Assembly: GCA_000200715.1 (NCBI GenBank)
Contig: DP000238.1
Coordinates: 1,574,849 to 1,598,848 of the forward strand
DNA from: Cenarchaeum symbiosum A
Lineage (GTDB): Archaea; Thermoproteota; Nitrososphaeria; Nitrososphaerales; Nitrosopumilaceae
Length of the DNA: 24,000 bases
Direction of reading: 5' to 3'
The stretch's first letter is position 1. Each line of letters opens with the position of its first letter. The notes under the pieces are model-generated. The model made no database searches, was not told where the DNA came from, and saw nothing but the letters and a program-made list of their open reading frames with translations. The position numbers and the translations under genes were made by a program. Below, piece after piece: positions 1-7,768 of this stretch.

Positions 1-2666
1 TTTGCGAGTATGCCGAGTACGCCCTTCTGGCCGTGCCGGGCGGCAAACTTGTCGCCTATCTCGGGTACCCTCATGTCACGGACCCTTATCTTGTACATTT
101 TTCCGCCCTCGTTGGACTGGGTCATTACCACAGTGTCGACGACCCCCGTCTCTGAGGGCCGCACGCCAATAGACGTGTCGCGCCTGTAGGGCCCCGAGGG
201 CTCAAACTCCTTGTACTCCTCCATGAACCGCGGCGGGCTCGTCTTGCCAATCAGTATGTCCCCGCCGAGAACGGTAGACTCGGATGCTATCACGCCGTCA
301 TCCTCGAGCAAACGGTACGACTTTTCGCCCTTGTACCCCCTTATGTTGTCCTCTGCGCCCGGGATCTCAAAGTTGTCGCGCATTCCTCCCGGGTACTGCT
401 TGGCCTCTGCGTCGTATATCCGGTAAAAGAACGTCCTTGCAAGGCCCCTGTCGACGGAAGACTTGCTGAGCACTATGGCGTCTTCGATGTTGTATCCGTC
501 AAACGGGAGCACCGCCACGACACAGTTCTGCCCCGCCGGCCGGTCCTCCAGTCCGAGCAGGCCCATGGCCCGGGTATTCACTATGGGCGTCTGCGGGTAC
601 AGCATAAAGTGCTGCCTCACGTACGTGCTCGTGTTCATCATCGGGGTGGAGAAGCCCAAGCTCTGCTTTGCCATGGCGGATTCATAGGTGTTCCTCGGCG
701 ACTGGTTGTGCTCTGGATATGGTATTATCGAGGCGCCCGCGCCCAGTATCGCTGATGGGAATATCTCGAGGTGTGTGTGCCCCTTGGCCTCTTTCTCGTC
801 GAGTGTCACATAGCAGTTCTCTTCTTCGTTTGCGTCTATCAGCTCGATGACTCCCATCCTCAGCAGGTCGTTCCACGAGAGCAGCTTGCTTGATATCTTG
901 TCCAACAGATCCTGGGTAAGCAGCGGCTTGCCGTCCTTTATTATTATCATGGGCCTAAGGACGCGCCCCGCGCTGCAGTTGACGTAGAGGCGCCTCGTCG
1001 CGCCGTCTTCGGCAGGCCTGTTGAATGATATGCTCACGTGGGGGTGTATCTTGGAGGACCTCCTGAGATCCCTCAGCGAATCTGCCAGGCCGCCGCCGTC
1101 CTTGTAGTATCCGATGAGCCTGCCGTCGACGAATATCCTCGTCCCTGTGGCCCTTGCGTCCTCCTTGGCGTCTGTAAAGTGGACGGTGCCCATGTCAAAG
1201 AGCTTTTCCGTTATCTCCTGGGAGGGCACGTGGACCGAGATTATCGCGGATAATGCCAGGTTCTTGACCAGCCCGCAGTTGGAGCCCTCCGGGGTCTCGC
1301 TTGGGCATATCCTCCCAAAGTGGGTGGCATGAAGGTCCCTTGCCTCAAAGTTTGGCTGCGTCCTGCTCAGGGGCGACTGGACCCTCCGAAGATGGCTTAT
1401 TGTCGATAGGTAGTTGGTCCTGTCAAGCAGCTGCGTCACCCCTACCCTGCCGCGGCCCCAGTTGCCTGTGGCTATTGCATTGTTGAGCTTGTCGGTTACG
1501 ATGCCGGGCCGTATGGCTGCCGCCACCGCGTGTATTCCCCGCTTCTGCCCGGACCTCTCCAGCTGGTACTTCATGTCGCGGACCAGGTTCCTAAACGCGG
1601 TCCGGAACAGGTCGGCTAGCATCTGGCCTGCGAACTTTATCACCTTGTTCCCATAGTGGTCCTTGTCGTCTGCAGGTATCCAGACAAGCTTGAGCTCCAG
1701 CAGCTTGCAAGTGGCCTCGCCGAGGAACTGCGCCTTTTCCTTTCTGTTCTCCGGATGCTTGCCAAGATGGGGCAGCAGCGACCAGTCAAGAAGGGTCTCG
1801 GCGCGCTTTATCTGGAATTCTTCGAGCATGCCCGGGGCTATCCTCTTGCTGATGTACACTATTGCATCCTTGGAGGTCTTTACCTCGCCTGCCTTCTCGA
1901 ATGATCCCTCCAGCTCGTTCTGTATGTCGTCGTTGAGCGACGCAGACGAGGCTATCTCCCTGTCGGATTCAAGTCCGAGCGCCTTCATTAGAGTAACCAC
2001 GGGGATATCGACGGGCGAGCCCGGTATCCTGACCACGATCAGCCCGTCGTTCTTCATTATCAGTTCGAGTTTTGCGCGGTAGCCCACTATCGACGAGTAG
2101 ACCTTGGCCTTGTAGACGGGGTTGCCGCCGACAGTCTCCTTGTCTACGATTATCTTGTTGTATGAAAGGTCCTCGAGGCCGACGACCACCCTCTCGGAGC
2201 CGTTTATGATAAAGTACCCGCCGGGGTCGTTGGGATCCTCCCCCTGCTCGATCAGCTTCTGGTCCGGCAGGTTGTGCAGAACACATGCGCTGGACTTTAT
2301 CATCGTCGGGATATCGCCTATATGCACAAACTTGGACTCTAGCGTCTTGCCGTCCTCGACGACGCTCGCCTCCATCATTACAGGCGCGGAATACGAGACG
2401 TTACGGAGCCTCCCCTCGGCCGGGGTTATGTACGTGATTGAGCCGTCGAGCTCCATCATCCGGGGCTTTTGCAGCTTGACCTTTCCCAGCTGGATCTTGT
2501 AGGGGTACTCTGCATTCTCTATCTCTATCTGGCCCTGCTCGTCTATGATGCTCTGCAGGCCGCGCTCGAGGAACTCGTCAAACGAGTTGAGGTGCTGCCT
2601 GGCTATGCCCTCCCTCCGCAGTATGTCCTGGATGACGGGCCAGCGCTTGTTTGCAGGATGTGCCAA
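1..2666 (-). CDS. rpoB: DNA-directed RNA polymerase subunit B, N-terminal ~888 codons (gene runs off the window start)
   Basis: The minus-strand frame is open from 2666 to the window edge. It is absent from the ORF track because it is truncated. My translation starts (TTG)AHPANKRWPVIQDILRREGIARQHLNSFDEFLERGLQSIIDE and reads ...RVPEIGDKFAARHGQKGVLGILA near position 1, both classic RpoB/Rpb2 motifs. The TTG at 2666-2664 abuts the rpoH stop (2669-2667), and no ATG or GTG lies before the conserved N-terminus. The 888 contiguous codons indicate an unsplit B subunit. Confidence 0.95.
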   Translation of the reverse strand, partial: MAHPANKRWPVIQDILRREGIARQHLNSFDEFLERGLQSIIDEQGQIEIENAEYPYKIQLGKVKLQKPRMMELDGSITYITPAEGRLRNVSYSAPVMMEASVVEDGKTLESKFVHIGDIPTMIKSSACVLHNLPDQKLIEQGEDPNDPGGYFIINGSERVVVGLEDLSYNKIIVDKETVGGNPVYKAKVYSSIVGYRAKLELIMKNDGLIVVRIPGSPVDIPVVTLMKALGLESDREIASSASLNDDIQNELEGSFEKAGEVKTSKDAIVYISKRIAPGMLEEFQIKRAETLLDWSLLPHLGKHPENRKEKAQFLGEATCKLLELKLVWIPADDKDHYGNKVIKFAGQMLADLFRTAFRNLVRDMKYQLERSGQKRGIHAVAAAIRPGIVTDKLNNAIATGNWGRGRVGVTQLLDRTNYLSTISHLRRVQSPLSRTQPNFEARDLHATHFGRICPSETPEGSNCGLVKNLALSAIISVHVPSQEITEKLFDMGTVHFTDAKEDARATGTRIFVDGRLIGYYKDGGGLADSLRDLRRSSKIHPHVSISFNRPAEDGATRRLYVNCSAGRVLRPMIIIKDGKPLLTQDLLDKISSKLLSWNDLLRMGVIELIDANEEENCYVTLDEKEAKGHTHLEIFPSAILGAGASIIPYPEHNQSPRNTYESAMAKQSLGFSTPMMNTSTYVRQHFMLYPQTPIVNTRAMGLLGLEDRPAGQNCVVAVLPFDGYNIEDAIVLSKSSVDRGLARTFFYRIYDAEAKQYPGGMRDNFEIPGAEDNIRGYKGEKSYRLLEDDGVIASESTVLGGDILIGKTSPPRFMEEYKEFEPSGPYRRDTSIGVRPSETGVVDTVVMTQSNEGGKMYKIRVRDMRVPEIGDKFAARHGQKGVLGILA

Positions 2667-2918
2667 TTATACCTCCACCACGTACCGGTAGTAGATGCTC
2701 TCGCCGGCCGTGCTGCTCTTTCTGGTTATCCTTATCATGTCGCCGGGCTTGACCCCCAGCCCTATGATCGCTGGGTCCTCGACCAGTATCAGGGGCAGTT
2801 CAGTCGGCTTGCAGTTGAATTTTTCCAGCACCTCCTCGGCCTCGGCCTTGGTGATGATCTCGTGCAGAGGCACATACACGTGATCGGGTACTAGTATTGG
2901 CACCTTTTTAGTAGCCAT
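2667..2918 (-). CDS. rpoH: DNA-directed RNA polymerase subunit H (Rpo5/Rpb5-like)
   Basis: The track ORF 2667..2939 starts at a GTG. The ATG at 2918 gives MATKKVPILVPDHVYVPLHEIITKAEAEEVLEKFNCKPTELPLILVEDPAIIGLGVKPGDMIRITRKS..IYYRYVVEV, a typical RpoH sequence. A GAGG lies 7-10 nt upstream of this ATG. Position directly upstream of rpoB is the canonical archaeal order. Confidence 0.9.
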   Translation of the reverse strand: MATKKVPILVPDHVYVPLHEIITKAEAEEVLEKFNCKPTELPLILVEDPAIIGLGVKPGDMIRITRKSSTAGESIYYRYVVEV

Positions 2919-2987
2919 CTGCGGCCTCACATGAAGCACTAACTACAGATGACGAGATAATGCACAACTGAGTAAGGCCCCGCGGGG

Positions 2988-2998
2988 TTAATATATAT
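2988..2998 (-). promoter_or_regulatory. Putative TATA box of the rpoH-rpoB operon (implies a ~48-nt leader)
   Basis: TTAATATATAT is the only strongly AT-rich box upstream of rpoH. Unlike most genes here, it is too far from the ATG for a leaderless mRNA. A 10-nt palindrome CCCCGCGGGG (2978-2987) lies immediately downstream of it on the transcribed strand. Confidence 0.3.
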
Positions 2999-3139
2999 GT
3001 AGTCAGTTTCGGGACATGACCCTTCTTTTTCGACGGGAACCTGCAGTGTACACCGTCCTGTCCGGAGTGCAGCAGGGGCCCCTGTATCTGCCGCCCCGCA
3101 TCCATGCTGCCCCTTTTGTCAACATTATTTTTTATAACC

Positions 3140-3147
3140 TTAAATAG
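3140..3147 (+). promoter_or_regulatory. TATA box (TTAAATAG) for the first PEFG-tail gene
   Basis: The box centre is 26.5 nt upstream of the ATG at 3170. A T-rich tract lies just upstream (3128-3137). The TAAATAG core is shared with the promoter at 4009-4016. Confidence 0.5.
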
Positions 3148-3169
3148 CGGCCGTTAAGGCGTAATTCCT

Positions 3170-3973
3170 ATGAATACACGTCTTTCGGCGCTTGCCTTGT
3201 CCGCGGTCTTGGTTGCGGGCTTGGGCATTTCGCCGATTTTCGCACAGCTGACAACGCCCATCTCGGTCTCGACGAGCATGCCTGTCTATGGCGCCGGCGA
3301 AACCGTTGTGGTGACTGGCGAGGTCAGGGAACTCCTGTCCGGATACCCGGTCTCGATTCAGGTCTTTGCACCAAACGGCAACCTGGTTAATGTAAACCAG
3401 ATCAACGTGGAGCCCGACAGGACTTTCACTGCTGAGATCTCAACAGGCGCAGGCTGGAAAGAAGGTTCGTACATGATCAAGGTAGTCTATGGAGGCGATG
3501 CCAGGTCTGCCGAGACCACGTTCGAGCTGGGAGCATCGGGCATCATTACGCCCAGCACACCTTCCGGACTGACCCAGAGGGTTGAAGGCACCGACTTCTC
3601 GCTAAGCTACACGATCACCGGCGGGAGCATTGTAAGCATAACACCCGATGTTGATGCCGCGTCCCTGATCATCGAGATCGACTCGACTGACGACGGCGTG
3701 CTGACGATCACCCTCCCGAGGGCGCTCATAGAGGCCGACAACGGCTTCCTGGTGCTGGTGGACGGGACGCAGGTGGAGTTTGATGAGAGCGAAACCGCAA
3801 CCGACAGCACCCTGACGATCGCGTTCCCGAATGGAGCAGAGACGATCGAGATCATCGGCACCATGGTGGTGCCAGAGTTCGGCACCATAGCGGTTCTGGT
3901 CTTGGCAGCGGCAATAGTCTCGATTATAGCCGTCTCGGCTAGGTCCAGACTCGGCATCATGCGTACATACTAG
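3170..3973 (+). CDS. Secreted protein with PEFG-type C-terminal sorting signal (paralog 1)
   Basis: Signal peptide MNTRLSALALSAVLVAGLGISPIFA/Q. C-terminus GTMVVPEFGTIAVLVLAAAIVSIIAVSARSRLGIMRTY, i.e. PEFG motif, hydrophobic helix and basic tail. It has its own TATA box and a downstream T-tract. Confidence 0.9.
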   Translation: MNTRLSALALSAVLVAGLGISPIFAQLTTPISVSTSMPVYGAGETVVVTGEVRELLSGYPVSIQVFAPNGNLVNVNQINVEPDRTFTAEISTGAGWKEGSYMIKVVYGGDARSAETTFELGASGIITPSTPSGLTQRVEGTDFSLSYTITGGSIVSITPDVDAASLIIEIDSTDDGVLTITLPRALIEADNGFLVLVDGTQVEFDESETATDSTLTIAFPNGAETIEIIGTMVVPEFGTIAVLVLAAAIVSIIAVSARSRLGIMRTY

Positions 3974-3979
3974 AGAGAG

Positions 3980-4000
3980 TTTCTTTTCTTTCATTTTTTT
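3980..4000 (+). terminator. Oligo-T archaeal terminator candidate
   Basis: TTTCTTTTCTTTCATTTTTTT follows the stop at 3971-3973 and includes a T7 run at 3994-4000. Confidence 0.5.
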
Positions 4001-4008
4001 ATATATAC

Positions 4009-4016
4009 ATAAATAG
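4009..4016 (+). promoter_or_regulatory. TATA box (ATAAATAG) for the second PEFG-tail gene
   Basis: The box centre is 25.5 nt upstream of the ATG at 4038. ACATAAATA (4007-4015) recurs upstream of the (PE)22 gene at 14383-14391 on the minus strand. Confidence 0.5.
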
Positions 4017-4037
4017 CCATGTGTTTTCCGTTGCTGT

Positions 4038-4901
4038 ATGAACGTACGCAACATGTACGCACTGGCAGCCCTTGTGGCGCTCGCCGGGACAGCATCAGTC
4101 CCGGTGCTGGCGCAGTTCGAGGAGCTGCCCCCCGCATGTCCTGACTGTGAAGGAGACGTCAGGGATCTGGCGCTGATGGACCGGCTAAGAGACGTTCCCA
4201 TCACCGTCTGGAGCGACAAGACAATGTACGGCCATGATTCTACAATCACTGTCAACGGACAGGTGGCCCATGTAAAGCCCGGCACCCCCGTCACACTGAG
4301 GGTGATAAGCCCCCTGAACAACTTGGTCAGTGTGGAGCAGATTGACGTCAACAGCGACGGCAGCTTCGCAACCGACCTTAGGGCGTCAGGTGATCTGTGG
4401 AAGTACGACGGCACCTATACCATAAGGGTCCAGTACGGCCAGGGCATAGACGACAAGCTTTTGATCAGCCTTGACGGCGGCATAACCGGCGATGGAGATT
4501 CACGCTCGGCATGCAGCAGTTCCGAGGTGGCGGCTGGAGACCAGTGCATACCGTTCCGCATAATGGGCGGCGATGTAACCGGCGCAGACATCAACGTAGA
4601 AGACAGGTCCGTTACCATCAGGATATCATCCAGCACGGGAGGCGAACTGATACTAAGCCCCTCCAGTGATACGATAGACGGGATCTACCTTGTGCTGGTT
4701 GACGGGCAGGAAGAAGATGCAGACATAGACGGCAACCGGGTCACAGTGACATTTCCAGCAGGCGCGACAGAAGTCGAGCTGGTCGGCACCTTTGTGATAC
4801 CCGAGTTTGGCACCGTGGCGGTTCTGGTCCTGGCTGTATCAATAGTCTCGATTATAGCCGTATCCGCGAGGTCGCGGTTTGGCATCATGCGGACATACTA
4901 G
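4038..4901 (+). CDS. Secreted protein with PEFG-type C-terminal sorting signal (paralog 2)
   Basis: Signal peptide MNVRNMYALAALVALAGTASVPVLA/Q. C-terminus GTFVIPEFGTVAVLVLAVSIVSIIAVSARSRFGIMRTY. Same two-domain layout as paralog 1. Confidence 0.9.
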   Translation: MNVRNMYALAALVALAGTASVPVLAQFEELPPACPDCEGDVRDLALMDRLRDVPITVWSDKTMYGHDSTITVNGQVAHVKPGTPVTLRVISPLNNLVSVEQIDVNSDGSFATDLRASGDLWKYDGTYTIRVQYGQGIDDKLLISLDGGITGDGDSRSACSSSEVAAGDQCIPFRIMGGDVTGADINVEDRSVTIRISSSTGGELILSPSSDTIDGIYLVLVDGQEEDADIDGNRVTVTFPAGATEVELVGTFVIPEFGTVAVLVLAVSIVSIIAVSARSRFGIMRTY

Positions 4902-4907
4902 TCCACA

Positions 4908-4920
4908 TTTCAGATTTTTT
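4908..4920 (+). terminator. Oligo-T terminator candidate
   Basis: TTTCAGATTTTTT lies just after the stop at 4899-4901, with a T6 run at 4915-4920. Confidence 0.4.
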
Positions 4921-4977
4921 CACATGCACACAAAACCGTGCCGCCGTGGCCCCGTCTGTAGCAAGGGAAATATACGA

Positions 4978-5823
4978 ATGATCAACAGGTGCAGTGTGCG
5001 GGTGATCCCATTCGTAATAGCCGCGGCGGTGCTGCTTGCGGTATTGTATGCACAGCCGCCCCAGTACGCGGAGGCGCAGGTGCAGGACTTTCGGCCGCCC
5101 CCTCCCCCCACCATGACCGTGAGGACGTCGGAGGGCATGTACGAGCAGGGCGACGTGGTGGTGATATCTGGCAGGGTGAGCACAGTCTTTGAGGGCGAGG
5201 TCACCATACAGGTATTTCTCGACACCACGCTAGTCGAGATAGACCAGCTGCCAGTGGCGCAGGACGGCAGTTATTCTGTCACGATAAACGCCGAGGGGAA
5301 CCGGTGGTCCAAGCCGGGCACCTACACGGTAAGGGCCACATACGGGGAGGACACCATCGAGACCACCTTCGAGTACGCGACAGCGCTAGTCATGACAGAG
5401 ACGACCAAGAGCTTTGAGGTCGGCGCCGGCGATTCCGGCACGTTTGATGTCCCGTACACGATAGTCGGGGGGACTGTCCAAAACATGTACATCGACCCGC
5501 CAAACCTCTCGCTTATTGTCATCATAGAGGCCGAGGGCAACGGCGCGCTGACAGTGGACCTTCCCAGGGATTGGATCGACTCCAAGGACCCCGGCGGGGC
5601 GGACGAGGAGTACATAGTGCTTGTGGACGGATCCGAGATCATCCACACGCAGGTGGTCCAGGACTCGGAGATCCGCAAGGTCAGGGCGGACTTTACAGAG
5701 GAGAGCACCGAGATCATCATAATAGGAACGGAGATAATCCCCGAGTTTGGCGCGGCCCTGCCGGCGCTCGCGGCAGCAGTTGCGGCAGCGGCTGCAATCT
5801 CAAGGCGCAAGCTAACAGTCTAG
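4978..5823 (+). CDS. Secreted protein with PEFG-type C-terminal sorting signal (paralog 3, divergent tail)
   Basis: The track start at 4879 overlaps the previous gene. The ATG at 4978 gives signal peptide MINRCSVRVIPFVIAAAVLLAVLYAQPPQYAEA/Q. The GTG at 4996 is an alternative start, since it lies ~25 nt from an AAATATAC box at 4968-4975. C-terminus IIPEFGAALPALAAAVAAAAAISRRKLTV. Confidence 0.85.
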   Translation: MINRCSVRVIPFVIAAAVLLAVLYAQPPQYAEAQVQDFRPPPPPTMTVRTSEGMYEQGDVVVISGRVSTVFEGEVTIQVFLDTTLVEIDQLPVAQDGSYSVTINAEGNRWSKPGTYTVRATYGEDTIETTFEYATALVMTETTKSFEVGAGDSGTFDVPYTIVGGTVQNMYIDPPNLSLIVIIEAEGNGALTVDLPRDWIDSKDPGGADEEYIVLVDGSEIIHTQVVQDSEIRKVRADFTEESTEIIIIGTEIIPEFGAALPALAAAVAAAAAISRRKLTV

Positions 5824-6977
5824 AATCCGTACTTTGCCCGGTACGGGGAGACCCGCCTGAGCTCGGCCACCGCCCGGGTCAGCGCGTCGACTGCCCCGTC
5901 GATCTCCTCGTCGGTATTGAATATGCCCACGCTGAGCCTCAGCGAGCCGTTGATCCGCTCCCGTGCAAAGCCCATCGCACGCAATACATGGGATTCCTTT
6001 TGTGTGCGGACCGAGCAGGCAGAGCCGGTCGATGCGGCTAACCCATACTCGTCGAGCTTGATGAGGAGATCCTCCCCGCTCACACCGTAAAAAGTAAAGT
6101 GAGCGTTGCCGGGCAGCCGCGATTCTTTGCTGCCGTTGTACTCTACATGGGTTATCTCGCCGAGTATTCTCTCGGCCAGGCGGTCCCTCATGCGGCGCAC
6201 GCGCGCCGCATCCTCCGTGAGCCTCTCGCGCGCCATCTCGCACGCCCTGCCAAAGCCCGCAATGGCCGCCACGTTCTCTGTGCCCGAGCGCATCCCCCGC
6301 TCCTGGCCCCCGCCGAGTATCAGCGGGTCGAGCTCCACCCCTTTGCGGACGTACAGGGCCCCCGCGCCCTTGGGCCCGTTGATCTTGTGCGATGAAAACG
6401 ACAGCATGTCCACGCCGAGCTCCGAGACGTCAAGTGGAACCTTGCCCGCGGCCTGTACAGCGTCCGTGTGAAATACGGCCCCCCGTTCGCGGCATATCCC
6501 GGCAATCTCAGAGATGGGCTGGATTGTGCCCACTTCATTGTTGGCAGTCATTACGGATGCATGGGATGTTCCGGGGCCCACGGCTTTTGCCATCTCGGCC
6601 GCGCGTACGATGCCGTCGTCGCCGGGGCCCACCGTGCTTGTCTCAAAGCCGCGGTCGCGGAGCCTGGCGCACGGCTCGAGGACCGCGTCGTGCTCTATCG
6701 AGGTGGTGACAAACCCGTTCCGGCCAGGCTCCCCCCGCGCGCCAAGAACGGCCATGTTGTTTGATTCTGTGCCCCCCGAGGTCAGGATGATCTCTTTTGG
6801 CGAGGCGCCGATTAGCGCGGCGGCCTGCTCCCTCGCATCATCGACCGCCCTCTCGGCGGTCCTGCCCTGGCGGTGTATCGACGACGGGTTGCCATAATCC
6901 CCCTCAAGATACGGCAGCATCGCCTCGAGCACCTCGGGCCTCATGCGCGTCGAGGCCGCATTATCCAGGTAGATCAA
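5820..6977 (-). CDS. Cysteine desulfurase, NifS/IscS-like (PLP-dependent, class V aminotransferase fold)
   Basis: N-terminus (TTG)IYLDNAAST, PLP-lysine motif SFSSHKINGPKGAG, catalytic Cys loop ASTGSACS. The 478-aa track ORF (to 7256) is an extension running through larE. The TTG at 6977 overlaps the larE stop (TTGA) and yields 385 aa, the normal size for this family. Confidence 0.88.
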   Translation of the reverse strand: MIYLDNAASTRMRPEVLEAMLPYLEGDYGNPSSIHRQGRTAERAVDDAREQAAALIGASPKEIILTSGGTESNNMAVLGARGEPGRNGFVTTSIEHDAVLEPCARLRDRGFETSTVGPGDDGIVRAAEMAKAVGPGTSHASVMTANNEVGTIQPISEIAGICRERGAVFHTDAVQAAGKVPLDVSELGVDMLSFSSHKINGPKGAGALYVRKGVELDPLILGGGQERGMRSGTENVAAIAGFGRACEMARERLTEDAARVRRMRDRLAERILGEITHVEYNGSKESRLPGNAHFTFYGVSGEDLLIKLDEYGLAASTGSACSVRTQKESHVLRAMGFARERINGSLRLSVGIFNTDEEIDGAVDALTRAVAELRRVSPYRAKYGF

Positions 6978-7768
6978 TCCGCCGCCACGTTGATCCCGCC
7001 GGGGCGGTATCCGAGCGGATCTACCGTCGCCGACTTGAAGCCTATCATGCGAAGCTTGGCATCTAGCTCGGCCAGCATACCGGAGAGCCTCGCCACATCG
7101 CCCGGCTCCACCTCTATGCTGGCCGCCCCGTCCATGTCGCGCACCCTGACCTGGGCCACGCCGGCCTCGCTCTTTACAAGGGATTCGCCCATCTCTATCC
7201 GTGCCAGCTTCTCGGCAGTCACCCTCTGGCCCCACGGCACGCGCGACGCAAGGCACGAATTGGACGGCTTGTCGTGGACGGAGATGCCCGCCAGCCGGGC
7301 CTCCCTTCTCACGTCTTCCTTGCGGAAGCCCGCATCGGCCAGCGGGCTGAGTATGCCACCGTCGCGCATCGCCGCTATGCCGGGCCTGTATTCCGACAGG
7401 TCGTCAAGGTTTGTCCCGTCAACTATCACCTTTACCCCGTGCTCTGCCGCGAGTCCTGCCATCCTGCCTGCCAGCTCCGTCTTGCAGTAAAAGCACCTGC
7501 GGCTGTCGTTGCGCACAAAGTCCGCGTTCTCCAGCTCGTCGTATGTAATCAGCATGTGCTGCATGCCTATCTCGCTGCAGACCCTCTTCGCGTCGGCCAG
7601 CTCGTCCTGTGCTAATGTCTTGTAGTCTGCTGTAACAGCAATCGCGCCGTCGCCGAGAGCCCTGTGTGCCGCGTACGCCACCAGCGCCGAATCCACGCCG
7701 CCGGAGAGCGCCACCATGACGCGGCCGCGGCCGGCAAACCATTCCAAGAGACCGTCCAGGCCGGTCAT
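6974..7768 (-). CDS. larE: LarE-like PP-loop ATP pyrophosphatase (sulfur insertase of nickel-pincer cofactor synthesis)
   Basis: PP-loop VALSGGVDSALV, RRCFYCK (C92-x-x-C95), DGTNLDD, and SNSCLASRVPWG (C172, corresponding to the LarE active-site Cys region). Its start overlaps the larC stop (ATGA) and its stop overlaps the desulfurase start. Confidence 0.8.
   Translation of the reverse strand: MTGLDGLLEWFAGRGRVMVALSGGVDSALVAYAAHRALGDGAIAVTADYKTLAQDELADAKRVCSEIGMQHMLITYDELENADFVRNDSRRCFYCKTELAGRMAGLAAEHGVKVIVDGTNLDDLSEYRPGIAAMRDGGILSPLADAGFRKEDVRREARLAGISVHDKPSNSCLASRVPWGQRVTAEKLARIEMGESLVKSEAGVAQVRVRDMDGAASIEVEPGDVARLSGMLAELDAKLRMIGFKSATVDPLGYRPGGINVAAD

Noticed and set aside
2942-3003. C/D-box sRNA look-alike: ATGACGA (2949-2955), a 12-nt spacer, CTGA (2968-2971), flanked by the inverted repeat ACTACA/TGTAGT
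   Set aside because: The C box has a mismatch, and no C' box exists. No D box adjoins the 3' stem arm. The 3' half coincides with the predicted TATA box of rpoH. It is more simply explained as promoter/5'-UTR sequence.
3602-4414. 270-aa minus-strand ORF spanning the 3' end of PEFG paralog 1, the intergenic region and the 5' part of paralog 2
   Set aside because: It is antisense to two genes with clear signal peptides, shared domains and their own promoters and terminators. Its translation is low-complexity (S/T/R/A/G-rich) with no recognisable motif. It crosses a promoter/terminator region.
6978-7256. N-terminal extension of the cysteine desulfurase ORF (478 aa in the track). Analogous extensions exist for larC (8983-9069), the ATPase (23704-23994) and PEFG paralog 3 (4879-4977).
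   Set aside because: The extensions overlap the upstream gene or promoter, are Arg/Gly/Pro-rich or Cys/Pro-rich nonsense, and precede the conserved family N-termini. Internal starts give canonical protein lengths and fit the promoter spacing.
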